Positions 9,930 through 19,125 of a stretch of DNA of 64,000 nucleotides are shown piece after piece (positions within the stretch are counted from its first letter, which is position 1; the number at the start of each line of letters is the position of its first letter). Where the stretch lies: the sequence record NC_091964.1; one strand, 5' to 3'. Under the pieces are notes generated by a model. It was not told the DNA's origin. It saw nothing but the letters and a program-made list of their open reading frames with translations, and made no database searches. Made by a program: the position numbers and the translations under genes.

Positions 9930-12038
9930 GTGATACTGTTTGAAAAAGATTGGGATAAATACCCGAATGCTACAGTAAACCACTTGACGAAAAATACTAG
10001 CTTCATCAACTATGCTGCAATTCTGAAGGCACTTGGCGTTAAGAACTATCTTTGGCCACTGTCTACATTGAACCCTGCTTTGGTTGGTGTCGACCCTCAT
10101 AGCCCGGAAATTAACTTGGCTCAGATGGGATGGATTAAGTTCGAGTGTGAACAAAACCCATGGTATTATTTACGCGAGTGTTTAATTGTCCCTGCGCCTT
10201 CCGGTATCGGCGGCGATCCATTCCGCGCTAACCGCGCTAACATGTCAATGATCTGGTCTTTCCTTAACCACGTTGACTACATGTTAATCCAACCCCGTCA
10301 GACGGGTAAAACAATTACAATCTCTGGACTGATTAGCTGGCTGCTCTACATCAAACTGTGGAACACGCGTATTGGTCTGGTAACTAAGTCCGATGACTTG
10401 CGTCGTGATACAGCCGAGAAGGTTCGTCAGATGCAAGGCGGCTTGCCAGGGTATCTAACAATTAATGATAGGCGAGATTCTATCACTGATGCCCTGGTGA
10501 CGTACAAGACGCGTAAGAACCGATTCGTATTGTCAGTAAGTCGCGGAGATCCGGCTGGGGCGATCAAGGTTGGTCGTGGTAACACCGTACCTGTAAACTT
10601 ATGGGATGAGTTCCCGTTCATACCTCACGTCAAGATAGCCTATGGGGCAGCAATGCCAGGTACTGACGCCGCGTATGCTAACGCCCGTCAAAAAGGTTTA
10701 CCGTACGGTTCACTGATTACAACTACTGCTGGTTCACAGGACAGTCGTGATGGTCAATTTGCTTATTCGATTCTGAGTAAAGCAGCTAAGTGGTCAGATA
10801 CCATGTTTGACTGCGATGATGAAAACGATTATCGCGAAACTGTTAAGGCTCACTGCCGTGGTCGTAAAATCATCGTTAACGGTACGTGGTCGCATAGCCA
10901 GATGGGTGTACCTGATGCGGTTCACTACTCTAACATTGCCAACTCCACGCAGGAAGGCGATGACGCAGCTCGAGATTACTTCAACATCTGGACTGTAGGT
11001 GGCGAATCACACCCGCTCGATAAAGCAACTCTGCGTAAAATCAAAGAGTCGCAAATCGATCCGCAGTATGATGAGAAGTTTGGTAAGTTTATCATCAACT
11101 GGTTCTATCCTGAGCACATCGTTGAAACGTTTGTAAACAAGGTAATGTTGGTTGGGAACGATACATCTGAAGGTGGGGGTAATGACGGATTGACGTTATA
11201 CTTCATCGATCCTGAGGATGGTGGCGTATTAGGTTCTTGCTCATTGAACGAAACCTTACTGCCGCACTACGGGGAGTTTGTTGCCAACGTACTAATCAAG
11301 TACGAACGGTCACTCTATATACCAGAGCGTAAGTCTACCGGTCAGACATTTATTGATACTGTCTGTATCGCACTACACGCCGAAGGTATTGATCCGTTCC
11401 GTCGTATCTTCAACAACATTGTCCAGGAATCTGATTCCGATGTGGATGCATTCACTAAGATCCGTGGAGACGTCCGTAGTCGTGATGATGCTTTCTATAT
11501 CAAGCGTAAAACGAAGTTCGGTTTCTCGACTGGCGTGAAAACACGTAAAGAACTCTACGATTCAGTATTCCAGTTCATGGCTAAGAAGGCGGGTACACGT
11601 TGTCGTTGTGTAACGCTCATTAACCAGATAATGGGACTCGAGTCTAAGAACGGTCGTGTTGACCACAGCTCTAAGGGTAATGATGACTCCGTAATCGCAT
11701 GGCTGTTGTGTGGCTGGGTGCTGCTCTATGGTGTACACCTGGAGTATTATGGTATCAAGGTCAGTACTATCTTCTCCAAAGCTGCCGAAGACCGTGAGGT
11801 CAGTAGTGAAGAGATCATGCGGCGTATTGCTATTGAAGAGCTTAACGATCGTATGGAGGATTTACTGGAGCGCTTGAAGACTACTGACATCCCTATTCTT
11901 GTAACACGTTACGAGAAGGAACTCAGCTTGATCGAACAAGAACTGGCTGAGCTGGGAATGGAGTCGGTTAACATTCGCAGTAAGATCGATGATATCAACA
12001 AAGAGCGTTATAAGCGTGTAGAAAAGTATTACCGTTAA
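9930..12038 (+). CDS. terL: Terminase large subunit
   Basis: Walker A PRQTGKT, Walker B LWDE, ITTTAG coupling motif, nuclease Asp motifs GNDTS and DDSV. Confidence 0.92.
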   Translation: MILFEKDWDKYPNATVNHLTKNTSFINYAAILKALGVKNYLWPLSTLNPALVGVDPHSPEINLAQMGWIKFECEQNPWYYLRECLIVPAPSGIGGDPFRANRANMSMIWSFLNHVDYMLIQPRQTGKTITISGLISWLLYIKLWNTRIGLVTKSDDLRRDTAEKVRQMQGGLPGYLTINDRRDSITDALVTYKTRKNRFVLSVSRGDPAGAIKVGRGNTVPVNLWDEFPFIPHVKIAYGAAMPGTDAAYANARQKGLPYGSLITTTAGSQDSRDGQFAYSILSKAAKWSDTMFDCDDENDYRETVKAHCRGRKIIVNGTWSHSQMGVPDAVHYSNIANSTQEGDDAARDYFNIWTVGGESHPLDKATLRKIKESQIDPQYDEKFGKFIINWFYPEHIVETFVNKVMLVGNDTSEGGGNDGLTLYFIDPEDGGVLGSCSLNETLLPHYGEFVANVLIKYERSLYIPERKSTGQTFIDTVCIALHAEGIDPFRRIFNNIVQESDSDVDAFTKIRGDVRSRDDAFYIKRKTKFGFSTGVKTRKELYDSVFQFMAKKAGTRCRCVTLINQIMGLESKNGRVDHSSKGNDDSVIAWLLCGWVLLYGVHLEYYGIKVSTIFSKAAEDREVSSEEIMRRIAIEELNDRMEDLLERLKTTDIPILVTRYEKELSLIEQELAELGMESVNIRSKIDDINKERYKRVEKYYR

Positions 12039-12051
12039 ACTTTTTGTCAAG

Positions 12052-12069
12052 TATATATCATCATAGTGA
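12052..12069 (+). promoter_or_regulatory. Early-type phage promoter
   Basis: TATATATCATCATAGTGA; motif repeated 10 times upstream of genes; resembles phiKZ early TATATTAC. Confidence 0.7.
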
Positions 12070-12121
12070 CGAGGGAGTTCAATCTCCCTCATTACTTTTT
12101 ATTTTTGGGATAAGAAAAGAA

Positions 12122-12868
12122 ATGTCTAAAGCAATTAATAACTTCGATGAAGGTGTTTTGGAAATTTTAAAGGGTTTAGAAATCAGCGATAACCTGATTC
12201 ACTTTGCACGGACTAATATCGAACGTAATGACGTTGCCCATTACTTCGATCACGTCGATGCAGTTATTCGTCAATCTCAGTTCTTAGCGGCCATTGCTTT
12301 CGCTGAGAGCGATAAGTATAAGGACCCGTCCGTTAAACGGATCGTGGCCATCGCAGCATTAATGCATGATACCGCCTGCTGGGTAAACCGGGACGATCAC
12401 CATAAGATCGCCACAGAGTGGATGATGAACAATTTAGATTCTGAGGAATCTCTGAAGTTCTATGGATTAATACCAGCAGAAGTTCCAATAATTGCCACTT
12501 GTATTTTAGAGCATCGCGCGAGCTGGGATAAAGACCGCTCAAGCATTTACTCTGAAATCGTAGCGGCAGCAGACCGTGGTAAGTTGGAAATCACGGAATG
12601 CCTTCGTCGTAGTTATCTCTACGGTCGTTTTGCAAAAGGCCTTGATGTTAAGGCTGCTACTACACACGCTTGTGATCATATCGCGGACAAGTATGGTGAG
12701 AACGGATATGTTTATAACAAGCTCCCTAAACTTTGCCTTATGGCAACCGAAGATATCAATTTATTGAGGACTCAGGCTATGGATAAGAAATTAGGAAACT
12801 CAATCATCACTGATCACCGTGAGGGCTGGGAAAAATACTATCAGGAGGTAAAGTATGCTCGCGAGTAA
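12122..12868 (+). CDS. HD-domain phosphohydrolase
   Basis: H...ALMHD...DHH...EHRA...AAD metal-binding pattern; behind the early promoter at 12052. Confidence 0.8.
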   Translation: MSKAINNFDEGVLEILKGLEISDNLIHFARTNIERNDVAHYFDHVDAVIRQSQFLAAIAFAESDKYKDPSVKRIVAIAALMHDTACWVNRDDHHKIATEWMMNNLDSEESLKFYGLIPAEVPIIATCILEHRASWDKDRSSIYSEIVAAADRGKLEITECLRRSYLYGRFAKGLDVKAATTHACDHIADKYGENGYVYNKLPKLCLMATEDINLLRTQAMDKKLGNSIITDHREGWEKYYQEVKYARE

Positions 12869-13367
12869 CCTGCGTACCCGTGACAAGGTGCGACCGCCCG
12901 TCTATCGCTCTCAAACCCGTCAAGCGTCGTTGGAATTCCTGGCGAACTTTCGTCAGCAACAACGCCCTGTCATCAATTTGAAGTCGGAGAAAATCGGACC
13001 AAAGGAACCTGCGTATTTATTGACCGAGCTTCCGGATGGAAGTTTTAAGGTCTATGGCATCGAATGTCCTCGCGTGAAGGATAACAAAACAGCTTTTACG
13101 GACGAAGAACGAAAAGCTATTATCGATGCTATGCCGTTTGAAGAGCAATTCGTCGCCATCGAGCGAGGCTTCAAATTCGAAGCTGACGAAGAAGCTAAAG
13201 AAATTACTGTTCTACTTGGTGACGATTGGCTGTTCGCTATCTGGGTAGATGAAGAAGCACAGTCGTACATGATCGAACGTAACAGTTATCTCAGCCCGGA
13301 ATCAGATATTACTCTGATGCTTCGGGAAGTGGGTGCGGCTTTCCGCCAGACTGTAGAAGAAGAATAA
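12855..13367 (+). CDS. Hypothetical protein (170 aa)
   Basis: Overlaps the HD gene stop, SD GGAGG, followed by a terminator. Confidence 0.6.
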   Translation: MLASNLRTRDKVRPPVYRSQTRQASLEFLANFRQQQRPVINLKSEKIGPKEPAYLLTELPDGSFKVYGIECPRVKDNKTAFTDEERKAIIDAMPFEEQFVAIERGFKFEADEEAKEITVLLGDDWLFAIWVDEEAQSYMIERNSYLSPESDITLMLREVGAAFRQTVEEE

Positions 13368-13369
13368 AG

Positions 13370-13403
13370 AACAGGGGGCTTTCCGCCCCCTTGTTTTTTT
13401 TTT
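13370..13403 (+). terminator. Intrinsic terminator
   Basis: GGGGGC-TTTCC-GCCCCC plus T-tract. Confidence 0.8.
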
Positions 13404-13421
13404 GCTTTCTTCACCTGAGAC

Positions 13422-13446
13422 AAAAAAAAGCGGGGTTGCCCCCGCT
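13422..13446 (-). terminator. Intrinsic terminator of the 407-aa gene
   Basis: AGCGGGG-TTGC-CCCCGCT preceded by A8. Confidence 0.8.
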
Positions 13447-13569
13447 CCAAATTCTGGAAAAAGAAAAGATGTTTTGGTTCCAGTCGAAAGATCCTTTCCA
13501 GCTTGTGTCTTTGCCCGTAAAGTCACTTACTATCAGGGATGCGCTCTCTCAACATACTAAGGGTTGATA

Positions 13570-14793
13570 TTATGTTGCTGATGTAGGGAGGTTCGTATAA
13601 TAGTTCATCGTCATGGCTCGAAGTACCATGTAAAGAATCACTGCTGTACGTTCCCCACTTACTGGGTAAGGGCTCTTCTTACCAATAGCCCGGCGGACGA
13701 GCTTATCGCCTTCAGTTCGCAGATAGATAACTTCACGCGAAGTATTACGCGAGGAGTTTACTGCCCCCTTAATAACCAACATGACTTCTGACAGGTTGTT
13801 TTGGTTAATCCCTTTATCCGTAATCAACTGGAAGGAGAAGTCGAGAGTACGCTTAACGAACTCCTGGATCTTCTTCTCTTTAGGACTGTTGTAGATACTG
13901 GAGAGATAGTTAAGGGTTGCCTGGAAATAACCCAGATTACCGGACGGGTTTGCGTCGGCTACAATGTCTACCAGGTTCTGACGAACGAAGCTAGCAGAAT
14001 CGCCTATAATACCCTCCAAATAACGCCTGTACTGCGAGCTGTTGCGTTTTAAGTCCCTTACCCCTAACTCACCCTCCATTTCCATTAACGAGCTCGTGAC
14101 GGAGATCCCAGCGCCTTCTGAGCGTACCTGGTAATAAAGCTCCGTTATATTCTTGATAGTCGAACGAGCACGGGTCTGTGTATCCGACAGAATATATTGA
14201 ACATCGTCATCATCCCCAAAGCGAATGAAGGTCTGGTAGTGAAGTCCTTGGCGAGAAACCATCATGATCGATTTAGCTTCGCAAAGGTTATACCAGTTAC
14301 GGTGCACTCGCAGATCGTACTTAAAGTTCATGGACTCGTAAGTACGTTGGGCAATCTGCGGGTTGACGCCCCAGCGGAAGAAGTGATTTAAAATTGAGGA
14401 AAGGAACTTATATTGTAGTATCGACAGTAGCTTGACCGCCACGTCCTCTTTTTGCTTTTGAGGCATGGATGAGGTCAGAGATCGATGTACTAAATAAGTG
14501 ATCGAGAGGTTAAAGGCATTTGATGCTACCTTATGTTCCGGGTTGACAGAATTCTCGGCATAGAGAGCCTTCTGTAACTCTTCCTCGTCGGCATTAAGGA
14601 TCTCTGAGAAATAACGGGCGGTATCGCTTGGCAGCCACTTTACTTCCGTCGACAATAAACCATTACCGAAGAAACGGATATGGTCTTCGTTTTTGTTAAC
14701 GAAGTTCTTTTCGAAGGCAAGTACGCTGTTGGCAAATCGACTATCAATTTTCAGAGAACCGCAGAATTTATCAAATACGGATTTGATGGACAT
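13570..14793 (-). CDS. Conserved phiKZ-like protein, probable virion component (407 aa)
   Basis: SD AGGAGG; isolated minus-strand gene with its own terminator at 13422-13446; position after terminase as in phiKZ-like phages. Confidence 0.55.
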   Translation of the reverse strand: MSIKSVFDKFCGSLKIDSRFANSVLAFEKNFVNKNEDHIRFFGNGLLSTEVKWLPSDTARYFSEILNADEEELQKALYAENSVNPEHKVASNAFNLSITYLVHRSLTSSMPQKQKEDVAVKLLSILQYKFLSSILNHFFRWGVNPQIAQRTYESMNFKYDLRVHRNWYNLCEAKSIMMVSRQGLHYQTFIRFGDDDDVQYILSDTQTRARSTIKNITELYYQVRSEGAGISVTSSLMEMEGELGVRDLKRNSSQYRRYLEGIIGDSASFVRQNLVDIVADANPSGNLGYFQATLNYLSSIYNSPKEKKIQEFVKRTLDFSFQLITDKGINQNNLSEVMLVIKGAVNSSRNTSREVIYLRTEGDKLVRRAIGKKSPYPVSGERTAVILYMVLRAMTMNYYTNLPTSAT

Positions 14794-14870
14794 GGGTTCC
14801 TCCTAAAGGGGTTACACAAGAATCCATCGTTTACCCTATCATTCTTGTAAGGATTTATCAGGAGAGTAAA

Positions 14871-15521
14871 ATGTCTAAACTCACTCAACGAAACATAGAG
14901 TCCAGTGGTGCTAACCTCCGTCTTCGTGCCAAATTGCAATCAGTTCAGTGGAAAGAAATCCCGGATGAACTTAAGGCTCTGATGCAGAACCTTAAAGAGA
15001 TTGTAACCGGGGAGATGGGGCATGGTGGCTACAGCAACCATATGACTACTCTTAAATGCGACGGTAAAGAGTATACGCGGCTCGTACAGACGTTAAAGTC
15101 TGATCCTAAGTTCATTCCATCAGTTGAGGTCTTCATCTCACCAGAGGGCTTCTGTCACTTCCATATCGTACTCACGTTTGTAGGTACGCATGACGAAGAA
15201 GTAGATACGGCTGTTGCGAAGGACATCGTAAACTTCATTTGTTCTCATTACGAGGATCCTGGTCAGGAAATCACTATAGTTATTCACCGTCGCTGGAAGA
15301 AGACCGCAAGTGATAAGAAAGCGATGTACACTACCGCTCTCTGGGGGAACGAATCGTTAACCGGTCTTAATGAACGCCTGTGCTACACACAGCAGCAGAT
15401 CGCACTCAAACTGAAGCAAGAGCATAAAGATATCTGTGCTCACCTTGAGCAGGTCATACAGGCCGGAGAAATGGACCCTAAGAAAATGGAAGAGTACAAG
15501 GATCAGAAACTCACTCGTTAA
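14871..15521 (+). CDS. Hypothetical protein (216 aa)
   Basis: SD AGGAG, downstream terminator. Confidence 0.6.
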   Translation: MSKLTQRNIESSGANLRLRAKLQSVQWKEIPDELKALMQNLKEIVTGEMGHGGYSNHMTTLKCDGKEYTRLVQTLKSDPKFIPSVEVFISPEGFCHFHIVLTFVGTHDEEVDTAVAKDIVNFICSHYEDPGQEITIVIHRRWKKTASDKKAMYTTALWGNESLTGLNERLCYTQQQIALKLKQEHKDICAHLEQVIQAGEMDPKKMEEYKDQKLTR

Positions 15522-15527
15522 TATCTG

Positions 15528-15561
15528 AAGATAGGGGCTTAGTGCTCCTATCTTTTTTTTT
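15528..15561 (+). terminator. Intrinsic terminator
   Basis: AGATAGGGGC-TTAGT-GCTCCTATCT plus T-tract. Confidence 0.8.
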
Positions 15562-15574
15562 GCTTCTAAATTAA

Positions 15575-15602
15575 TTTCAGATATACATTACTTAAGTGAA
15601 TA
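15575..15602 (+). promoter_or_regulatory. Early-type phage promoter, extended class
   Basis: TTTCAGATATACATTACTTAAGTGAATA. Confidence 0.7.
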
Positions 15603-15664
15603 AACCTATTCAATTTTCTATCATGTTGAATAGATCGTTAACTCCGGCTAAGGAAAATAAGAAA

Positions 15665-15880
15665 ATGCCAAAAGAAACAACTGCTCGTAAAAATAAGATC
15701 GACTCCTCTTTCGCAATGCAGGTTGATACTAAACTGGCTGACAAAGGTCATGAAGGTATCAGCGTGCGTCAAGTAGGTTTGTTGAACAAGATGCACAATG
15801 CGGCAACCTGCAAGGAAAAGGTTGAGTGGATGGCGGCTTTCATCGAGGACTTCCGTAAGTCGGTATTATCCGAGGACTAA
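15665..15880 (+). CDS. Small early protein (71 aa)
   Basis: ATG 15665 after AAGGA and A-rich spacer; track start 15596 falls inside the promoter. Confidence 0.6.
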   Translation: MPKETTARKNKIDSSFAMQVDTKLADKGHEGISVRQVGLLNKMHNAATCKEKVEWMAAFIEDFRKSVLSED

Positions 15881-15883
15881 GTC

Positions 15884-15979
15884 ATGGGTGATCCTAGCAA
15901 ATCTCCAGCTCCACCAATTGTACCAGATAAGAAGTTTCCAGTACCAACTCCACAGAGCAAACCAAACCCGCTCGATTAA
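15884..15979 (+). CDS. Proline-rich micropeptide MGDPSKSPAPPIVPDKKFPVPTPQSKPNPLD (31 aa)
   Basis: Translated by hand; SD GAGGA 7 nt upstream; fills the gap between two co-oriented genes. Confidence 0.5.
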   Translation: MGDPSKSPAPPIVPDKKFPVPTPQSKPNPLD

Positions 15980-16007
15980 CTACTAGTATTACTAGAGGAA
16001 TAAGAAC

Positions 16008-16412
16008 ATGTTACACGGATCTAAAGAAGAATTAACTGGCGCTGCGCGTATTTTCCTGAACAACTTATACGAACTTTACCAAGCTGGTTTAGCAGGTAAA
16101 GGTCATGACGAATCGGCTCAGAAAGTTCTTGAGTCAAACGACTGGGTACACGTTTACAATCTGGGGCAGCGCCTGCTGTTCATCAACACTCGTGATCCTC
16201 ACTTCGGTGTTCTGGGCGAAATGGAAAAAGAAGCTCAGGAACAGAGTTGGGAAAACGGATTTGATCTGCGTTACCAAATCACGAACGATGGAATCATCTT
16301 CCATTACGTGGACGGTAGCACTGGTGACTATCTGTATAGCATTGAGATCTGGTGTATCGATCGTGCTATTCAAGGTTTAAAGTTGAATATGCCTTCCGGC
16401 ATTGAATTCTAA
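16008..16412 (+). CDS. Hypothetical protein (134 aa)
   Basis: SD GAGGA; followed by two hairpins and a U-tract. Confidence 0.6.
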   Translation: MLHGSKEELTGAARIFLNNLYELYQAGLAGKGHDESAQKVLESNDWVHVYNLGQRLLFINTRDPHFGVLGEMEKEAQEQSWENGFDLRYQITNDGIIFHYVDGSTGDYLYSIEIWCIDRAIQGLKLNMPSGIEF

Positions 16413-16624
16413 GTATTATCAGCAAGCTACTATCGGGCAGGTAGTAGCTTTTACCAACACCCCTGTACATGGACTAGTATAGGGGATTTTTTTCTTTGTT
16501 TATTATCTTGGAAATGTATGCTTTCATTTTTGAGGTAATTGTCTCTTTTTAAGAACCAACCCCCGGAAATACCCGGCACCGGCGTAGCCGCTGTGCTCTA
16601 TTATGAAACGGGAAGGAATATACC

Positions 16625-16822
16625 ATGTATAACTTAATCATGAGTATACTAACGATTACTATCAGTACAGTATCAGGTACACTGTTAGCTATCGTACTGT
16701 ACAGAGATGAAGATATTAACCTAGGACATATCACTGTATTCGTAATATGTCTACTGTTGATTATCTATACCATCTACATGTTACTAAGAGGTGAGAAGAC
16801 TAAAGATGATGCAGACGTATAA
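16625..16822 (+). CDS. Small membrane protein with two hydrophobic segments (65 aa)
   Basis: LIMSILTITISTVSGTLLAIVLY and ITVFVICLLLIIYTIYMLL; SD GGAAGG; visibly AT-rich. Confidence 0.55.
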   Translation: MYNLIMSILTITISTVSGTLLAIVLYRDEDINLGHITVFVICLLLIIYTIYMLLRGEKTKDDADV

Positions 16823-17033
16823 CGTTATCTTGAGAGGGTTGTATCCAGAACTTACTCCTCGAGAGATTAATCATATCTCCTTAGTTATTGTTACTAAGTT
16901 ACGTAAGGTACAAGATACCTTATCAAACGTTGAGTTATACAATCAACAGTTTGTTAGCTGTGGTTCTAATCAAGAACTCACCTCGGTAGAAGTATTTAAC
17001 CGTAAAGTACATATTCGTTTAACCTTCAAGTAA
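16806..17033 (+). CDS. Hypothetical protein (75 aa)
   Basis: Overlaps previous stop; SD GAGG; AT-rich. Confidence 0.5.
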   Translation: MMQTYNVILRGLYPELTPREINHISLVIVTKLRKVQDTLSNVELYNQQFVSCGSNQELTSVEVFNRKVHIRLTFK

Positions 17034-17097
17034 ACTATTGCCTTAGGGTGGTGGTTTACTTGAGAATACCTTTATTTTTGTCTTTGGAGAAGAGAAC

Positions 17098-18240
17098 ATG
17101 TCAGACGTAATGAATATTATTGGTAGTATGGACGTAGTAGAGCATATTGCATTCACGGATAAGGAAGTGCTTGATCTGTTTTATCAAGGATTGACAGAAC
17201 GTACACACGGTCATTACCTTAGCTATATCAAAGGTCCGGTGAAGATTACTCTTACTGGGGAACTTACCGCCGAGATCAAGGGTAAGATCATCGACGTAGC
17301 ACCCGCATATGTCATGTCGGTGATGATGCAGCACCCGAGCAGCTTAGCTATTGAATCAGCAGCTAAGTATGTTAAGGATAAGTACGGGTTTGAAACCAAG
17401 AACGTGGAAGGGGAGATTTGTCCTACCATCACCTTAACAGACGATGTCATTGCTGGACTGATGCGTCATTACCCGGAGATCGCAGAAAAGGTACGGTCTT
17501 TAGCAGAATCAAAAGTGAACTTCATGGGCGGTCGGAAGTTCCTTAACCGTGGGAGACTGGCCCCTTTAGGATCAAAGTTAGTTAACCTTGACCAATCAGG
17601 GATTACTGTTGAACTCACTCCTCCCTCTGACCTTGATTCTTTTGCGTTAACGCTCGCCGGTAATCGTCCAGTATGGCAACCTAACAAACTCATCAGTGAA
17701 GGTTTTGCTTTTGCTGACGGTATATCGGATGAAACGTGGGAGCATCTTACAAAGTCCCCTGCCTGCGTTACCATGGTAGGCACGGACACTGTTATGGTTA
17801 CAGGTAAAGCAATTGACGTTTGTAACACGATGATGAGCTGTATGTTATCCTCAGGAGCATTACGCGCTAATATCGATAACGTGGGTAATCACCTGGCAGA
17901 GAAATACGGATTCCGTTATCCCGTTGACGGAGTTGCTCCTTGGATGGTGCGAACTACAGTCCGTCAGGGAAAAGCGTACAGTGCCCAGCCTCAGAAAGTG
18001 ACGCCTTTCACATCCCCTCTCCAGCCTGTACAGGCAAAGTGGGAAGAGGGCTTCGTAGGGGAATCTGCTCCTAAGGAAGTGGAAGAGAAATATGATCGCG
18101 CCGTTGAGATCTATAACGAGCTGAATTCCGCTAGACTACCCGGACCCGAACGCGCAGCGTTGTTAGCTGAAATGCAATCCATTACTAACTCAGGCGTATT
18201 GCTCTATGCATTGAAACGCCACCATTACGATGTTGAATAA
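17098..18240 (+). CDS. Hypothetical protein with internal duplication (380 aa)
   Basis: GKIIDV...MSVMM...KYGF and GKAIDV...MSCML...KYGF. Confidence 0.6.
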   Translation: MSDVMNIIGSMDVVEHIAFTDKEVLDLFYQGLTERTHGHYLSYIKGPVKITLTGELTAEIKGKIIDVAPAYVMSVMMQHPSSLAIESAAKYVKDKYGFETKNVEGEICPTITLTDDVIAGLMRHYPEIAEKVRSLAESKVNFMGGRKFLNRGRLAPLGSKLVNLDQSGITVELTPPSDLDSFALTLAGNRPVWQPNKLISEGFAFADGISDETWEHLTKSPACVTMVGTDTVMVTGKAIDVCNTMMSCMLSSGALRANIDNVGNHLAEKYGFRYPVDGVAPWMVRTTVRQGKAYSAQPQKVTPFTSPLQPVQAKWEEGFVGESAPKEVEEKYDRAVEIYNELNSARLPGPERAALLAEMQSITNSGVLLYALKRHHYDVE

Positions 18241-18251
18241 GGATATGTTAA

Positions 18252-18464
18252 ATGCAACAGAAAAGTTTCAGGGAGGTGCTCGCACAGACTAACCGTAAAT
18301 ATCTGCCCGTACAAGAACCAAAACAAAAAGAACAATACGCCGAACACATTACCTTGGAGGAGTTAATCACTCCCCAGGGTAGGCTTATGTCTGATATAAA
18401 TGCAATAAGAAGGAATCGTGGATGTTTCCTAACTTCAGAGGTCGAGATATGTCAACACTTTTGA
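18252..18464 (+). CDS. Hypothetical protein (70 aa)
   Basis: SD AAGGA; chained with neighbours. Confidence 0.45.
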   Translation: MQQKSFREVLAQTNRKYLPVQEPKQKEQYAEHITLEELITPQGRLMSDINAIRRNRGCFLTSEVEICQHF

Positions 18465-18727
18465 GAGGGCCGAAGGTAAGTAGTCGTCATCAAACTTACA
18501 CTGAGGCAGCCAAAGCTATTATCGACTTCGGTCAAAAATCTGATGACGTCCGTAAAGTAGTACTGGGTCCTATTAGTAACTTTAAGGGGAAGACAAAAAA
18601 ATTAAAGCTTCGCCCTAACCAATCCGGCGTCCAGGTAGACGTACTTGCAAACAATCAAATGCAAATCATCTACCTGATAGGCGATACGGATAAGATAGTA
18701 ACGGCGTTGGATAACTTCCAACTCTAA
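18449..18727 (+). CDS. DUF2103-like small protein (92 aa)
   Basis: KVSSRHQT...VVLGPI...KGK...LKL...GVQV...QIIYL resembles my recollection of the DUF2103 pattern; ATG 18449 with SD GAGG. Confidence 0.45.
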   Translation: MSTLLRGPKVSSRHQTYTEAAKAIIDFGQKSDDVRKVVLGPISNFKGKTKKLKLRPNQSGVQVDVLANNQMQIIYLIGDTDKIVTALDNFQL

Positions 18728-18732
18728 ATCGA

Positions 18733-18762
18733 TTTCAGATATATATCACTTAGGTGAATAGA
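18733..18762 (+). promoter_or_regulatory. Early-type phage promoter, extended class
   Basis: TTTCAGATATATATCACTTAGGTGAATAGA. Confidence 0.75.
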
Positions 18763-18825
18763 TCCATTCAATTTCGCTTGGACTATTCACCTAATTAATC
18801 TAACAATACACATTGAGGTGACATT

Positions 18826-19125
18826 ATGAAAACTGCAAACACTACTGAAGTAAAAATCGTTATTCCTTTCAACTACGATAAAGAACCAGGTCGTCTTCTG
18901 ATCGACTTCAAAGACAAACTCTCTATCGACTTCGAAGGTGCTAACGTAGTAGAAGCTTATTACGCTTCTATGGCTGAAGAGATCGTTGTTCGTGCACATG
19001 TCGATAGCGAGCTGATTACAACGTTGATGAGCAAGTACCGTAAAGGCGAACCTGTAATCATCTTCGAAGAGAAGAATGTCGACAATGGTCGACTGGAGGT
19101 CATCAACCGCGCAAAGTGGTTGTGA
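18826..19125 (+). CDS. Early protein, probably highly expressed (99 aa)
   Basis: Extended early promoter at 18733, SD GAGGTG, strongly biased codons. Confidence 0.65.
   Translation: MKTANTTEVKIVIPFNYDKEPGRLLIDFKDKLSIDFEGANVVEAYYASMAEEIVVRAHVDSELITTLMSKYRKGEPVIIFEEKNVDNGRLEVINRAKWL

Noticed and set aside
16514-16552. Possible leader ORF before the membrane gene
   Set aside because: Stops after 12 codons; nothing supports translation.
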